42,115 nucleotides of DNA from Nemertoderma westbladi. Taxonomy: Eukaryota > Animalia > Xenacoelomorpha. Below the pieces are notes generated by a model. The model was given only the letters and a program-made list of their open reading frames with translations. It had not been told where the DNA came from and made no database searches. The stretch covers positions 1-42,115 of the forward strand of contig JAUCBJ010008700.1 in assembly GCA_032718475.1 (NCBI GenBank), written 5' to 3'. Positions within the stretch are counted from its first letter, which is position 1. Every line of letters starts with the position of its first letter. Shown in pieces: positions 11,688 through 26,079 of the stretch. Both the position numbers and the translations under genes were made by a program.

Positions 11688-14600
11688 ATGGATGATTATG
11701 AAATAGATGATGTTCGCATCGAGTGGCTTCGAGGGCGCGTCAATGATGCCCTGCACATTGAAAGTCCACATGTATTTACAGACATGTTGCAAAGGGACGA
11801 AGGGGTTTGGGAGCAAGAGATACAGAGGTTCCTTAATGAGGCACCCGATGAAAGCAACCCATCAATTTTATTCTACAAAGTTGTTCGAGAAGAAGAAGAG
11901 GAAGTGGAGGTTGATATTGAACCTTCTGAGATATCAGAGGATGACGGTGAGGTAGGAGAAGGCACGGATAGAGGCGACGTAACTCCTTCGGTAGATCGTC
12001 AATCTGGGGCAGTAGGCAGTGATAAACCTCCAGCTTCGGCTTCAACATCAAAGGCAGAAGGAGCTGCTGCAGGATCTACAACAGGGAAACCTGAGACTGA
12101 TGACGCCAGTCTGCAAACCGATGGTGATAAAAAGAAAAGGGTGAGGAAGAGAAGGACAAAGTCCCAAGATGGAGCTGGTCCAACCCCCACACCGACTCCC
12201 CGACCAGAAGATACCCAGGTGCTGGCAGAACCGTCAGGTATTGCTGCCACAGAGGAGGAGAGCTCCGACATCGAGTCAGTTGAGAAGCCAACAACAAGGA
12301 TTATTATACAAATAGTCGAGCGAACTTACCTCCACATGTGTGTCCAACATCTGACGCAGGAGTTAGAAAGCCATGATACCGTGTACTTCATAAGAAATGG
12401 AAGTGGGATGGTGGAATTGCCGAACAGTATTGATGAGGCATCCTCGTTAATGCCAAAATATTTTGAGGTGGGAATATTACCAAAACTTTCGTTAACATCA
12501 TTGGAGCAGATAATTAACCTTGTTTATACACCGCTGCTTTCGTATTATGCTCATAGGAATACTGATACTGCGGATTTGGATACAGATGTTGGCGGTACAG
12601 ATGACTCTTCGGCGAGGGATGATAAAAATACTATGATGCTTCGAGATGATTTCCTTATGAACTTGCAAAAGTTCTCATCATCCATATCACGAACAATTCA
12701 TCAGATTGAGGGTGAAGTTAAGCTCATAATCCCCGAGATCGATGTGCCTGAAAGCATTGAAGATGCTGCGCAAGATAAGGAAATAGTGGAAATACTCGAT
12801 GAAGCAGTAGTTGGGTGGGAGAAACAAATTTCTTCGGCTTTGGCTATGGAGTTAAAAAAGAATCCATCTGGCAGTGGGCCTCTGGCAGAGATAGAATACT
12901 GGAGGGAGAGAAATGCGAATCTCTCAGCTCTTGCAGAACAGGTAAAACTACCCACAATAAAGCATATTCTATGTGTTCTGGATGTGGCTCTCAGTGTCAA
13001 TGTGCAGCCTTTCGAAGATAATCGAGTTGAACTTAATAAGTATCACACAGAGGCTAAAGACAATGTGAGATTTTTATCCACTCTAGAAAGGCATTTCAAG
13101 AATATTGCTTATGGCAAAAGTTTTTCTGTCGTCCTTGACACAATTCCCTCAATGATGAATGCACTACGAATGGTTTGGATTATATCGAGACACTACAACA
13201 AAGATGAGCGTATGGTGCCACTAAAGGAACGCATAGCTTGGGAGCTTAGTCAAAGGGTGTCTAGTGTTATAAATATTCGTAATATATTCAAAGAAAAATG
13301 TGAAACAATTCAAAATACTATGACAGAGGCGAAGAACACATTGGAAACATGGAAGTCCAGTTACTTCGAGGTTCGGGCGAAAATTGAAGCATCTGGCCGC
13401 GATGCGAGATGGGAATTTGATCGAAGGCGTTTGTTTGAGAAAACAGACTATATGGCCTCCATATGTAAAGATATTTACGATATTGCGCAAGTTTTGCAGG
13501 AATTTCATAATATATTTGGACCGGAGCTGAAAGCTGTCACTGGTGAGGCTAAGAGAATAGACGAAGTGGTAAAGAGGGTAGAGCACTTAGTTGTAGCCTT
13601 CGAGGAGGCTAAATTTGATGTATTTGATATTAAACATCAAGGGCATTGGAGGCAAATTATGGAAGTCTTTAAGAGAGATGTGCTTGCTATAGAGGAGGAT
13701 GCCAAGACCTTTATTGATGATTCATTTAAAAAATTACGATCAGCTGAGGCAGCATTTGAAATGCTTATAAATTTCAGACACATTAAATCGAGGGAGGCAA
13801 TCAACAACCAACTAATGCTAAAGTTTAACGATATTCTAGTACAGTACATGAAGGAAATAGATACCATTTGGGGCTTATTCGAGGAAGGCAAAGAATCACC
13901 TCCACTAACTAAGAATCAGCCACCAGTGGCTGGAGCAATTGCCTGGGAAAAAAGTTTGTTTCACAGAATGAAACGAACAGTAGTGAAGTTTATGACAATG
14001 GGTGACATGATGCAATCTGAGCTTGGTATACAAGCCAAAGAAAAATATCTGAATGTGGGACGAAAGATGAGGGAATATTCTGAAAAACTCTATTCACATT
14101 GGATTGACAGTGTTGAGGAATGTTTGCCGGGTCTACTGAAGAGAAGCATTTTAACCAAATCATTGCAAACTGTTCCGACTAGCACCTCAGCTCCTCCAGT
14201 AAAGGAGGAAGAGGCTGTTGTTCTTGAAGAGAAGCAAACCACCAAAGCGAATCAACATCGGTATGTTGTTGACTTCCCCCCAGAATTAAAGGAGATTATT
14301 TCTGAGACAAAAAATATGGAGCAATTAGGATTCCCAGTACCAGAGATCGCTAGGAATGTTGCATTGCAGGAAGACAAATACATCCATTATGTCGACAGCC
14401 TAAGTTATATGTTGGATCGTTTCCATGCAACTTTGGACAATTTGCCTCCTGCTGAATCTCAACTACTCGACGGCCACACTAAGGAATTACGACGCATTCT
14501 CAAGCCTGGTTATTTAAGAATGAACTGGAACAGTCTAGGTATCAATGATTACGTGAGCAAATGCTCCCAAGCTATTAGCAAATTCGAGTCATTAGTGAAC

Positions 14601-17600
14601 CAAATACTGAAAAACGCTAAAGATATAAATTCCAGACTGCATATTATAGCCACATCGAACCTGTTTAAAATGCCACCATTGGGCCCAGGGGGTACACTGC
14701 CTCGCTCCAAGGAATTTTTTGAATATATCGAACAACAAAGGGCAAAGGAATACGAAATTCTGTCTAGGAAATACAGAGCAATTGGACCTATTTTAACGAA
14801 AATGGAAGGTCTTGTTGTGCATACAAACTCAGGACGTTCAAACAAATTATTACCATACTACTATTTCTGGGAGAAAAAGGTGTATGATACACTAACCAAG
14901 TTAGCATTACGTAACCTTCAATCATTCAACCAAGTAGTTCTTGCAGAATCCCCTGTGTTTCAGGTTGATGGTATCCTAGCTGCCCCAGAAGTTATGCTTT
15001 CACCAGGTGCGAATGAGGTATACAAGGCTATGTTAGGCAGTGTGAGGGGTTGTGTGGAAGGAATGAGACAATTTGTACGATGGATGCAAGGTACATGCAT
15101 AGAAACACCACCACAATATGTCCCTGGTGAAGATGAACCGGTAGTTTTCTCTTTTTTCAATGATATTGCTCAAAACGTTCAAGTAGTTGAGGCTGTCACT
15201 CATATAACACAGAACTTCCAAAAAATTTTGCAAAATGTTGGTAAATATTTAAATAGATGGAAAAAGTACAAGATACTCTGGAAACTTGACAAGGAGCAAA
15301 TGCTAAACAAGTTGGCAATGAGAAAACCGACTGTAATACAATATGATGACAAACTTCAATTATACATCAACTTAGCAACTGAAATCAGAAACTTCCCTAT
15401 GATAAGAGATCATCAAAGTGTTCGTTTAAATATGGAACCCATTGCCCTGTTAGTTCAAGATCACACAAATAAGTGGGTTTACAGTATCAGCCAGTTGCTA
15501 CTTACTACATCACAGGAAGAACTGTATGGACTTAAATCTGAATTTGATGGGTTGAGGGATGATTTACAAAGACAACCTGATAGTTTAGAAGATCTTAAAT
15601 TTGTATTGAGCACGATTGCAAGTATTAAATCACGTAATATGGATGTTGAGATGAGAATTCAAGATGTTCAAGAAAGATATCGAACATTGGATATGTACAA
15701 AATCGAAGTGAATAATGAGGAAAGGAAGCTTCAGGTTTCAATATGGCAGATGTGGCAAGACTTAGTGCTAGAATCGAAGCATGTTGATTGTAGACTCATT
15801 CCAGTGAAAACAAAGTTTACACACATAACACAGCGTCAGATAGTCGATTTCGGAGAAATTATAAAAGCATTTGCACTGAAGTTTGTTCTGGAAGGGCCCG
15901 GTGTAACCGGAGGGGACCTTGACAATGGTTTGAAGGTAATGGCAGCATTTAGGGCAGAATTGGATGGAATAGAAGCAGACCAAAAGGAACTTGCTAATGC
16001 TGAGAAATTGTTCGATTTGCCGATTACATCGTATCCAGAATTAACTAAATTACAAAAGGAGATGAGTGGTCTCCAGCAAGTATTTGACATTTACCGGAAT
16101 CAGAAGAAAGCAGTAGACGAATGGAGTCAAACCTTATGGGCCAACTTAAATGTTCAACATCTCCAAGAAGGAATAGATGCATTTATAAAGGATATCAAAA
16201 GGCTACCAAGAGATATTAAGCAACTATCAGTTTGTCAGGCTGTTGAAGCTAAGATGAAAGCATTCAAAGAATCCCTGCCACTAATGGTTGATCTAAAACA
16301 TGAATCATTACGAGATCGACATTGGAAACAGTTAATGAATAAAACTGGTAAAGAATTTGACATGAATCCTGAAACATTTACCCTCGAAAATTTGTTTGCT
16401 ATGGGGCTGCACAATTACGCAGATGTAATTGGTGAAATAGTTACAATTGCTGCAAAAGAATTGAGCATTGAAAAGGGTGTTAAAGAAGTTGTGGATACAT
16501 GGGATAAAATGGTTTTTGTTGTTATCAAATATGTCAAAGGGACATCTGACAGAGGTTATATTTTAGGTCCAGTTGAAGAAATCATGCAAGCTTTAGATGA
16601 CAATGCAATGAACCTTCAGAGCATGTCAGCATCACGATTCATTGGTCCATTCTTGCAAACTGTGCAGAAATGGGAAAAAAATCTAAGTCTTTTTTCAGAA
16701 GTTATAGATATCTGGATGGTGGTGCAGCGTAAGTGGATGTACCTTGAGGGAATTTTCATCGGTGGGGATATAAGATCTCAACTTCCAGATGAAGCCAAAA
16801 AGTTTGACAATTTGGACAAACTTTTTAAAAAGATAATGCTGGATACAAATAAGAACCCAAAAATCAAGGATGCTTGTTCTGCTGAAAACCGATTTGAAGA
16901 TTTGCAAACAATATCCGATGGACTAGAAAGATGCCAAAAGTCCCTTAATGACTATTTGGATTCCAAGCGAAATGCATTTCCACGATTCTTTTTCATTTCT
17001 GATGACGAATTGCTTTCTATACTTGGATCTGCTGATCCAAATTGTGTACAGGAGCATATGATAAAGATGTATGATAATATTTCCAAACTAAGATATGACA
17101 AAGGCAACAGTAATGAAGTTATTGCTACTGCAATGATTAGTGCTGAAAATGAAATCATGGAATTTAAGAGTCCTGTATCAGTAGATGGTCGTGTAGAAGA
17201 ATGGATGACAAGCATTCTTAATGAAATGCGTCGAACAAACAGATTAATTACAAAGCATGCTATATTTTTCTACTGTGCAGATGGCCTTGCAAGGCCTCAA
17301 TGGATGATGATGTATCAAGGAATGGTTGCTTTAGCAGGAAATCAAGTATGGTGGACTTGGGAGGTGGAAGATACTTTTAGAAAGATCAAGAAGGGAGACA
17401 AGTTGGCACTAAAAAATTACGCTAAAAAAGTTAATAGCCAGATAGACGACCTTGTTGTGACAGTAAGGTCACCATTAAGCAAAAATGATCGGAAAAAATT
17501 CAACACTGTTTTAATCATTGATGTTCATGCAAGAGATATTGTTGACAGCTTTGTTCGGGATTCTATTATGGATGTTAGGGAATTTCAGTGGGAATCCCAA

Positions 17601-20600
17601 CTAAGGTTTTATTGGGAGAAGCAACAAGATGAACTTATAATCCAACAATGTACAGGAGAATTTGGATATGGTTATGAGTATATGGGACTTAATGGTAGAT
17701 TGGTTATCACACCACTGACTGATCGAATATACTTAACAATTACTCAAGCGCTAAGTATGTATCTTGGAGGTGCGCCTGCAGGTCCTGCCGGAACTGGAAA
17801 AACCGAAACAACCAAGGATTTAGCTAAAGCTCTCGGTCTTCTTTGCATTGTAACAAATTGTGGTGAAGGTATGGATTTCAAAGTGTGTGGCAAGATATTC
17901 AGTGGATTGTCGCAATGTGGCGCATGGGGTTGCTTCGATGAATTCAATCGTATTGATATATCTGTACTTAGTGTGGTTTCAACACAAATTAAAACAATTC
18001 AAAATGCTCTACATTTAAAACTTAAACATTTTCAGTTTGAAGGAACAGAAATCTCGTTAGACAGCCGAATGGGAATATTTATTACAATGAACCCAGGTTA
18101 TGCTGGTCGCACTGAACTGCCAGAATCGGTAAAAGCTCTGTTTAGGCCAGTGGTTGTTATAGTTCCCGACTTGCAGCAAATTTGTCAGATCATGTTGTTC
18201 TCGGAAGGCTTTTTGTTAGCCAAAGACTTGGCTAAAAAGATGACAGTTCTCTATAAACTAGCAAAGGAGCAGCTGTCAAAACAACATCATTATGATTTTG
18301 GCCTGCGTGCCTTAAAATCCGTTTTGGTCATGGCAGGGGAGTTGAAACGTGGCTCAACAGATTTACAAGAGGATGTGGTTTTGATGAGAGCACTTAGGGA
18401 TATGAATCTGCCTAAGTTTGTATATGATGATGTCCCACTTTTCCTTGGTCTAATAGGTGATTTGTTCCCTGGATTAGATTGCCCCAGGGTAAGATATCCC
18501 AGTTTTAATGATGCAGTCGAGGCTGTTTTAGAAGAAAACAATTACATTTTGTTGGAACAACAAGCAGATAAAGTAATTCAGTTATATGAGACCATGATGA
18601 CTAGACATACAACAATGGTGGTTGGTCCAACTGGTGGGGGAAAATCAGTTGTCATAAATACTCTTTGTCAATCTCAAACTCGTCTAAATATTCCTACGAA
18701 AATGTATATAATGAATGCAAAGGCAATTAAAGTCAGTGAGTTATTTGGTACTTTGGATCCCACTACTCGGGATTGGACTGATGGTTTGCTGAGCAACATT
18801 TTCCGAGAAATAAACCGACCAACGGACAAGAATGAGCGGAAATACATTTTATTTGATGGTGATGTCGACGCTCTTTGGGTCGAAGACATGAATTCTGTTA
18901 TGGATGATAATAAGCTGCTTACTCTGCCAAATGGCGAACGAATTCGATTGCAGAGTCATTGTGCTTTGTTATTTGAGGTAGGTGACCTGCAATATGCATC
19001 TCCTGCAACAATTTCCAGGTGTGGTATGGTATTCGTTGACCCTAAAGACCTGGGATACGAACCATTTTGGAAAAAGTGGTTGAAGCTGAAGGATGCGTCT
19101 CAAGAAATGAAAGATGATCTAGACAGATTATATGATAAATATGTTCCTACATTGATAGATATGATAATTGAAGGGATTGTTGAAGGTAGACAAGGAGACA
19201 GACTGAAGATGATTGTGCAACAGACAAATCTCAATCTTGTAGTCCAGTTAGCAAATACATTAGATGCTATACTTCCTAAAGATGTCCAAGATCCCAATAT
19301 CTTGGAATGTTTCTACATTCAAGCTATGTATTGGAGTCTTGGAGCTTGTTTGCTTGAAGATGGGCGAGAACAATTTGATAATATGTTGAAATATATTGCT
19401 GCTTTGCCAGCCATTACTGATGACTCTAAATATCCTGGTCCTGGTGAAATTCCTGGAAAAAACACAATTTATGATTATTATTGGCTTAGTGAACGCAACC
19501 GTTGGATGCATTGGAGCACTCAAGTACCAAAATATATCCACGATCCACAAAAACGATATCACGAAATCCTCGTCCCCACAACAGATACTGTAAGGACAAC
19601 TTGGTTGTTGAAGTTGATGGCTAGTATAAAACGACCTTCACTTCTGGTAGGCGAATCAGGAACATCAAAGTCAGCCACAACTGCAAATTTTTTACGTGGT
19701 TTAGATAGGGAGACGTATATGGTTCTCAACGTGAACTTTTCTTCAAGGACAACTTCAATGGATGTGCAAAGGAATTTGGAAGCAAATGTAGAGAAAAGAA
19801 CCAAAGATACATATGGGCCACCACCAGGGAGACGCCTTCTGGTTTTCATTGATGATATGAATATGCCACAAGTAGATACATATGGAACACAGCAGCCAAT
19901 AGCTCTGTTGAAACTGTTGATTGAGAAAGGAGGCATGTATGATCGTGGGAAGGACTTGAATTTTAGAAATATTCGAGATGTTGGCTTCTTAGCAGCTATG
20001 GGTAAACCAGGAGGTGGTAGGAATGAAGTGGACCCACGATTTATGTCTCTATTTTCTGTCTACAATATTACATTCCCCGCACAAGAAAGTCTCATGAAGA
20101 TTTACTATTCGATACTCCAAGGACATTTACAACCATTCAAAGAGGAAATTCAAGCTTGTGCTGAGAAAATAACAACAATGACAATGGAGTTTTACCAAAA
20201 AATAGTGCACGACTTGCCACCAACACCATCAAAGTTTCATTATATATTTAATTTGAGAGATTTAAGCCGGGTTTACCATGGACTTTGTCAGACAACACCT
20301 GATAGATTTGAGACGAAACAGTCTTTTGTTAGAGTCTGGAGAAATGAGATAACGCGTGTCTTTTGTGACAGACTAATTAGTGATGAAGACAAGGTACTGG
20401 TGAACAATATGATAAAATCACTAGTTGAAGCGACATTTAGTGACTGTAGTGAACATGCCTTAAGAGAACCTACATTGTTCGGTGACTTTAGAACAGCATT
20501 GGATGATGGGGAACCTCGATTGTATGAGGACATACAAGACTATGATGCTGCTAAAGGTATCTTTCAGGAAATACTTGAGGAATACAATGACAGATATACA

Positions 20601-23600
20601 GCAATGAATCTTGTTCTATTTGAAGACGCTTTAGACCATGTAATTCGAGTTCATAGGGTTATTCGTATGGACCAAGGGCATGCTTTCCTAGTTGGTGTTG
20701 GTGGTAGTGGGAAACAGAGTTTATCCAGATTGGCAGCATTTGCTGCTGGTTGTGAAGTCTTTGAAATAACCCTCAGCCGTGGTTATGATGAATCCAACTT
20801 CAGGGATGATTTAAAAATTTTGTATCAAAAACTTGGCATAGAAAATAAGAAAACAGTGTTTTTGTTTACAGATGCCCATGTGGCTCAGGAAGGCTTTCTG
20901 GAACTTATAAACAACATGCTAACATCAGGAATGGTACCTGCGCTGTTTCCAGATGATGAGAAAGAAGCAATAGTTGGTCAAGTTACAACAGAAGCAGTTG
21001 CAGCAGGAGTGCAACAAACTCGTGAGTTGATATGGCAGTACTTTATTTCAAAGTGCAGCAACAACTTGCATATAATATTGGCGATGAGTCCAGTTGGAAA
21101 TACCCTACGAACACGATGTAGAAATTTTCCGGGTTTGGTCAATTGCACTAGCATTGATTGGTTCAGTGCTTGGCCAGAGCAAGCTCTGTATGCTGTTGGG
21201 AGTGTATTTTTGTCTAAGAATCAATTGATACCTAAAGATCATGCTGAGAATGTGGTAACCCATATGGTATTTGTCCACCAATCTGTAAAACAATACTCAA
21301 TAGATTTCAAACAAAAACTTAGAAGGGCTAATTTTGTTACTCCTAAGCATTTCTTGGATTACATCAGCACATACCAAAAGTTCTTACAACAGAAAGATGA
21401 ACACATAGTCAGTCTGTGTGAGCGACTGATGGGAGGTCTAACAAAACTTGAAGAGGCCTCAGGGCAGTTAGATGTTCTCAATGAACAATTAGCTGTACAG
21501 AAAGTAAAAGTAACAGAGAAAACTGAAGCTTGTAACACTTTATTGGAAAAAATTACCATCAACACAAAAACTGCGGAAGAGAAAAAGGCACAGGCAATAA
21601 TAGCTGCAAAGGAAATAGAAAAGCAAAGTAAAGTTATAGCTGTTGAAAAGAAAGAGGCAGAAGATGCTCTAACTGAAGCACTTCCCGCCCTTGAAGCAGC
21701 TAGATTGGCTTTACAAGATCTTGATAAAAGTGATGTTACAGAAATCCGTTCATTTGCTAAACCACCTCCTTCAGTTCAAACCGTTTGCGAATGTATAGTA
21801 GTTACTAGAGGTATTAAAGAAATTTCATGGAAAAGTGCTAAAGGAATGATGTCTGATCCAAACTTTCTCAGACAACTGCAAGAAATGGATGTGGATTCAA
21901 TCACACTGAATCAAACGAAAACTGTGAAAAGTATGCTTAAACAAATTGATATGACTCCTGATGAAATGAAGAGTATTAGTAAGGCTGGAGCTGGGTTATT
22001 GAAGTTTGTGGTTGCTATTATGGGTTACTGTGACGTTGCTCGAGAAATTAAACCAAAAAGGGATAAAGTGGCAAGACTTGAGAAAGAATTCAATACTGCG
22101 AAGCGACAACTGGAGAAAACTCAGGCGGAAGTCGCTGCTCTTGAAGCCATGTTGAAGACTTTGAGTGAACAGTATGAACAGGCAATGTTAGAGAAACGAG
22201 AACTACAAGAAGAAGCCGATCTAATGGAAAAGAGATTGATTGCGGCAGATAAACTAATTAGTGGCCTTAGTTCAGAGAACGTTCGCTGGACTAGAGATCT
22301 TGCAGATCTGAAAGAACAACGGATTAGGCTTTTGGGTGACTGCCTCCTTGGATCTTCATTCCTATCATATCTTGGTGCGTTCTCTTGAGAGTTCCGATCT
22401 CAAATGTTTAATGAGGATTGGCAACAAGATCTACGAGAAAGGGGGGTTCCATTAACGGATCCTTATAAAATGGAGGAGTTGTTAACAGATGATGTAGAGA
22501 TCTCGAAGTGGGTATCCCAAGGTTTACCACCTGATGAACTTTCCTTACAAAACGGCATCCTAACAACAAGGGCAAGCCGGTTTCCCCTTTGTATAGATCC
22601 CCAAGAACAGGCAATAAATTGGATAAAACGGAAGGAAGAAGCTAATAACCTCAGAGTGTGTACACTTAATGATGCTGACTTCTTGAAGCACTTAGAAATG
22701 GCAATTAAATATGGGTTTCCATTCTTATTTCAGGATGTCGACGAATATATAGACCCTGTGATAGACAATGTTCTAGAAAAAAATATAAAGGGGCAGGAAG
22801 GACGACAGTATGTTATGTTGGGTGACAAAGAAGTAGATTATGATCCCAACTTCCGGCTTTACCTAAACACGAAACTTCCTAATCCAAAATACACACCAGC
22901 ACATTTTGGGAAAAGCATGGTCATCAATTTTCAAGTGACCCTGAAAGGTTTGGAAGATCAGTTGCTTTCAGTGATTGTCGGTTATGAAAGAAAGGAATTG
23001 GAGGAGCAAAGGGAGCGACTTATACAGGAAACAAGCCAAAATAAAAAGCTACTTAAAGACCTTGAAGATTCATTGCTTAGAGAATTGTCCACCAGTACAG
23101 GCAACATGTTGGATAACGTTGAGCTTGTACAAACTCTAGAAGATACTAAAACTAAAGCTGGTGATGTTGCAGAGAAGTTGAAACTGGCAGCAACCACTGC
23201 TATAGATATAGATAGACTACGCGATCTTTATAGACCAGCTGCAAAACGTGGCGCCATACTGTTCTTTGTGTTGGCGGATATGGCATCTGTAACTACAATG
23301 TATCAATACAGTCTCTCGAGTTACCTTGGGGTGTTCGGCCATTCCTTAAAAAAATCACTGCCTGACGCAATACTGAAGAAGCGTCTCAAAAACATTATTG
23401 ACACTCTCACCACTAATGTTTATACTTATGCATGCACTGGGCTATTCGAGGTACATAAATTGTTGTTCTCATTTCAGATGACAGCAAAGCTAGAACAAGC
23501 TGAAAACCGGATAAAACAAGATGAAATAGACTTTTTTATTAAAGGTAATACGGCTTTGGAGAAAAGTAGACGTTTGAAACCACATAAATGGATTCCAGAG

Positions 23601-25697
23601 CAGGGCTGGGAAGATATAATTCGGCTAAGTGAGACAGTGGAGACGTTTATCAGTTTACCAGAAGATATCGAGCGAAATGGAAGCGTTTGGAAAAAATGGT
23701 TTGATTTAGATGTCCCAGAAAGGGCTCATATCCCGAGTCAATTTAGAAAGATCTCTAGTCTGCACAAACTCCTGCTGCTCAGATGCTTTCGGGTTGATAG
23801 AGTCTACAGAGCTGTGTCTGACTGGGTAACAACGACAATCGGTGAAAAATATGTGACGCCACCCGCCATCTCGTTCGAAGCAATCTTCGAGCAGTCGACT
23901 GTGAATTCGCCAATCGTTTTCATCCTAAGTCCAGGATCAGACCCTGCTGGAGACCTTATGAAACTAGCTGATCGTATTGGATATGGTTCGAACCGCCTTA
24001 AATTCTTAGCCATGGGACAAGGTCAAGAAAAATTAGCCATACAAATGCTAGAAGCTGCTGTCTCTCGAGGGCAATGGCTTATGCTGCAAAATTGTCATCT
24101 GTTGGTTCGTTGGTTGCAGGACTTGGAGAAGGTATTAGCGAAGGTTACGCGGCCCCATCCCGATTTCCGACTGTGGCTAACCACCGCGCCCACCTCACAG
24201 TTTCCCATTGGAATTCTACAGAAGTCATTCAAAGTTGTCACGGAGCCCCCCAATGGACTAAAATTAAACTTGCGAGGCACATACCTCAAGATTCCATCTG
24301 CGACGCTAACGAATTGTCCCCATGAGGCATTTAAGCCCCTAGTTTTTGTCCTCGCATTCTTCCACGCTGTTGTTCAGGAGCGCAGAAAGTATGGCAAGGT
24401 TGGCTGGAATATTCCCTATGATTTCAATGAGAGTGATTTTAATGTTTGTATGAAAATTATGGATACGTACCTGACTAAGGCGCACGAACAAGGGGAAACA
24501 AAGTTACCTTGGAATTCTCTGAAATATTTAATCGGGGAAGTCATGTATGGTGGAAGGGCCATCGACAGTTTTGATAGAAGGGTTCTAAATACATATATGG
24601 ATGAGTACATGGGTGATTTTATATTTGATACATTCCAACCTTTCCATTTCTACAAAGATTCTAACGTTGATTACTGCATTCCAGAGGATGGAACACGTGA
24701 ACAATACATAGAGGCCATAGACGAACTTCCATTGGCTAATACTCCTGAGGTATTCGGCCTCCATTCCAACGCAGAAATCAACTACTATACGAACGCAATG
24801 AAGGACATGTGGGATTTATTGTTGGAGTTGCAGCCGCAAACTGGGGAGATTGGAGGGGGAATCAGCAGGGAAGAGTACATCGAAAACATCGCGGCCGATA
24901 TTGTGAAGAAACTGCCCGCCGAATTTGAGTTGGACAAGATCCGGAAGAAGATGGGTGGCGAAGTGAGTCCAACAAGCGTTGTGTTACTACAAGAACTAGA
25001 GAGGTTCAACTGGTTGATTGCGAGAATGAGGAAAACTTTGTTGGAATTGAAACGGGCATTAGCGGGGGAAGTTGGTATGTCTGCAGAATTGGATGACGTC
25101 TCCAAGGCTTTGTTTAACGGACAGATACCCCAGATATGGAAGAAATTAGCTCCGGACACGTTGAAGTCTTTGGGCAACTGGATGATTCACTTTCATCGGC
25201 GGTTCTCCCAATACAACAGTTGGGTTAACGAAGGTGAGCCGGCTGTGATCTGGTTGTCTGGCCTCCACATTCCCGAGTCCTATCTAACCGCGTTAGTGCA
25301 GGCCACATGTCGGAAGAACGGATGGCCTCTTGATAGGTCGACGCTCTACACCTCGGTTACGCCTTGGATGACAGCTGATGACGTCACGGAACGAGCGCAT
25401 CAAGGTTGCTACATAACCGGTTTGTTTCTGGAAGGCGCCTCGTGGCTTTTGGATGAGTGCTGTTTGGCACGGCAGCACCCCAAAGTGTTAATAGAACCTC
25501 TTCCGATCCTCAAAGTGATTCCCATAGAGTCTCACCGACTGAAGTTGCAGAACACGTTCCGGACACCGGTCTATACGACGTCGCAGAGACGGAATGCAAT
25601 GGGGGTCGGTTTGGTGTTCGAGGCCGATTTGGCTACCACAGAGCACCACTCCCATTGGTCGCTACAGGGTGTCTGCCTTATACTTAACGCTGACTAA
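11688..25697 (+). CDS. DNAH10: Dynein axonemal heavy chain 10 (inner arm I1/f alpha), intronless, 4669 codons, with one in-frame TGA at 22386-22388
   Basis: ORFs 11637-22388 and 22404-25697 share a frame. N-terminus [12 protein letters not shown]; tail motifs [16 protein letters not shown] and [13 protein letters not shown]; P-loops [32 protein letters not shown]; [20 protein letters not shown]; C-terminus [15 protein letters not shown]...[17 protein letters not shown]. All are characteristic of DNAH10 as I recall it. Confidence 0.95.
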
Positions 25698-26079
25698 ATC
25701 TTACCATAGAAAGGTCCCCCTGAACAATAACATTGTGTAAATTATATCTGTAAATAATTTTTATAGTATGTTTGTATTATTTAATATTTTTGTAAATTAA
25801 TATTTAATATAAAAATATGTTCTAATATCGTAGTAAATTCAATTTATTATTGTTTTTATTTTGGAAAAACGGAATATCTTGCCTGACAAACAGAGAGGAT
25901 CGCAGAGAGATTGAGCACATAAATATTGAATAAGTATAATTAATAATAGCGCTGCTGAGATTCCTTCAACCCGTACACCAAACATAACACGTTCGTGGGG
26001 CCTTCGCGCAGCACGAATCTCAGTTATGAGATACAGATTAATATTGAGCGATTCTACTGTATCACAAACTCGGTATCTA

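Noticed and set aside
22386-22388. Genome-wide UGA=Trp reassignment or selenocysteine
   Set aside because: All other Trp codons in this AT-rich 14-kb frame are TGG; the position is Trp rather than Cys in orthologues; no SECIS recognised.
22389-25697. Separate second dynein gene, or a tiny intron removing the stop
   Set aside because: Same frame and colinear with DNAH10 across the stop (EFRSQM), with no extra sequence to splice out.
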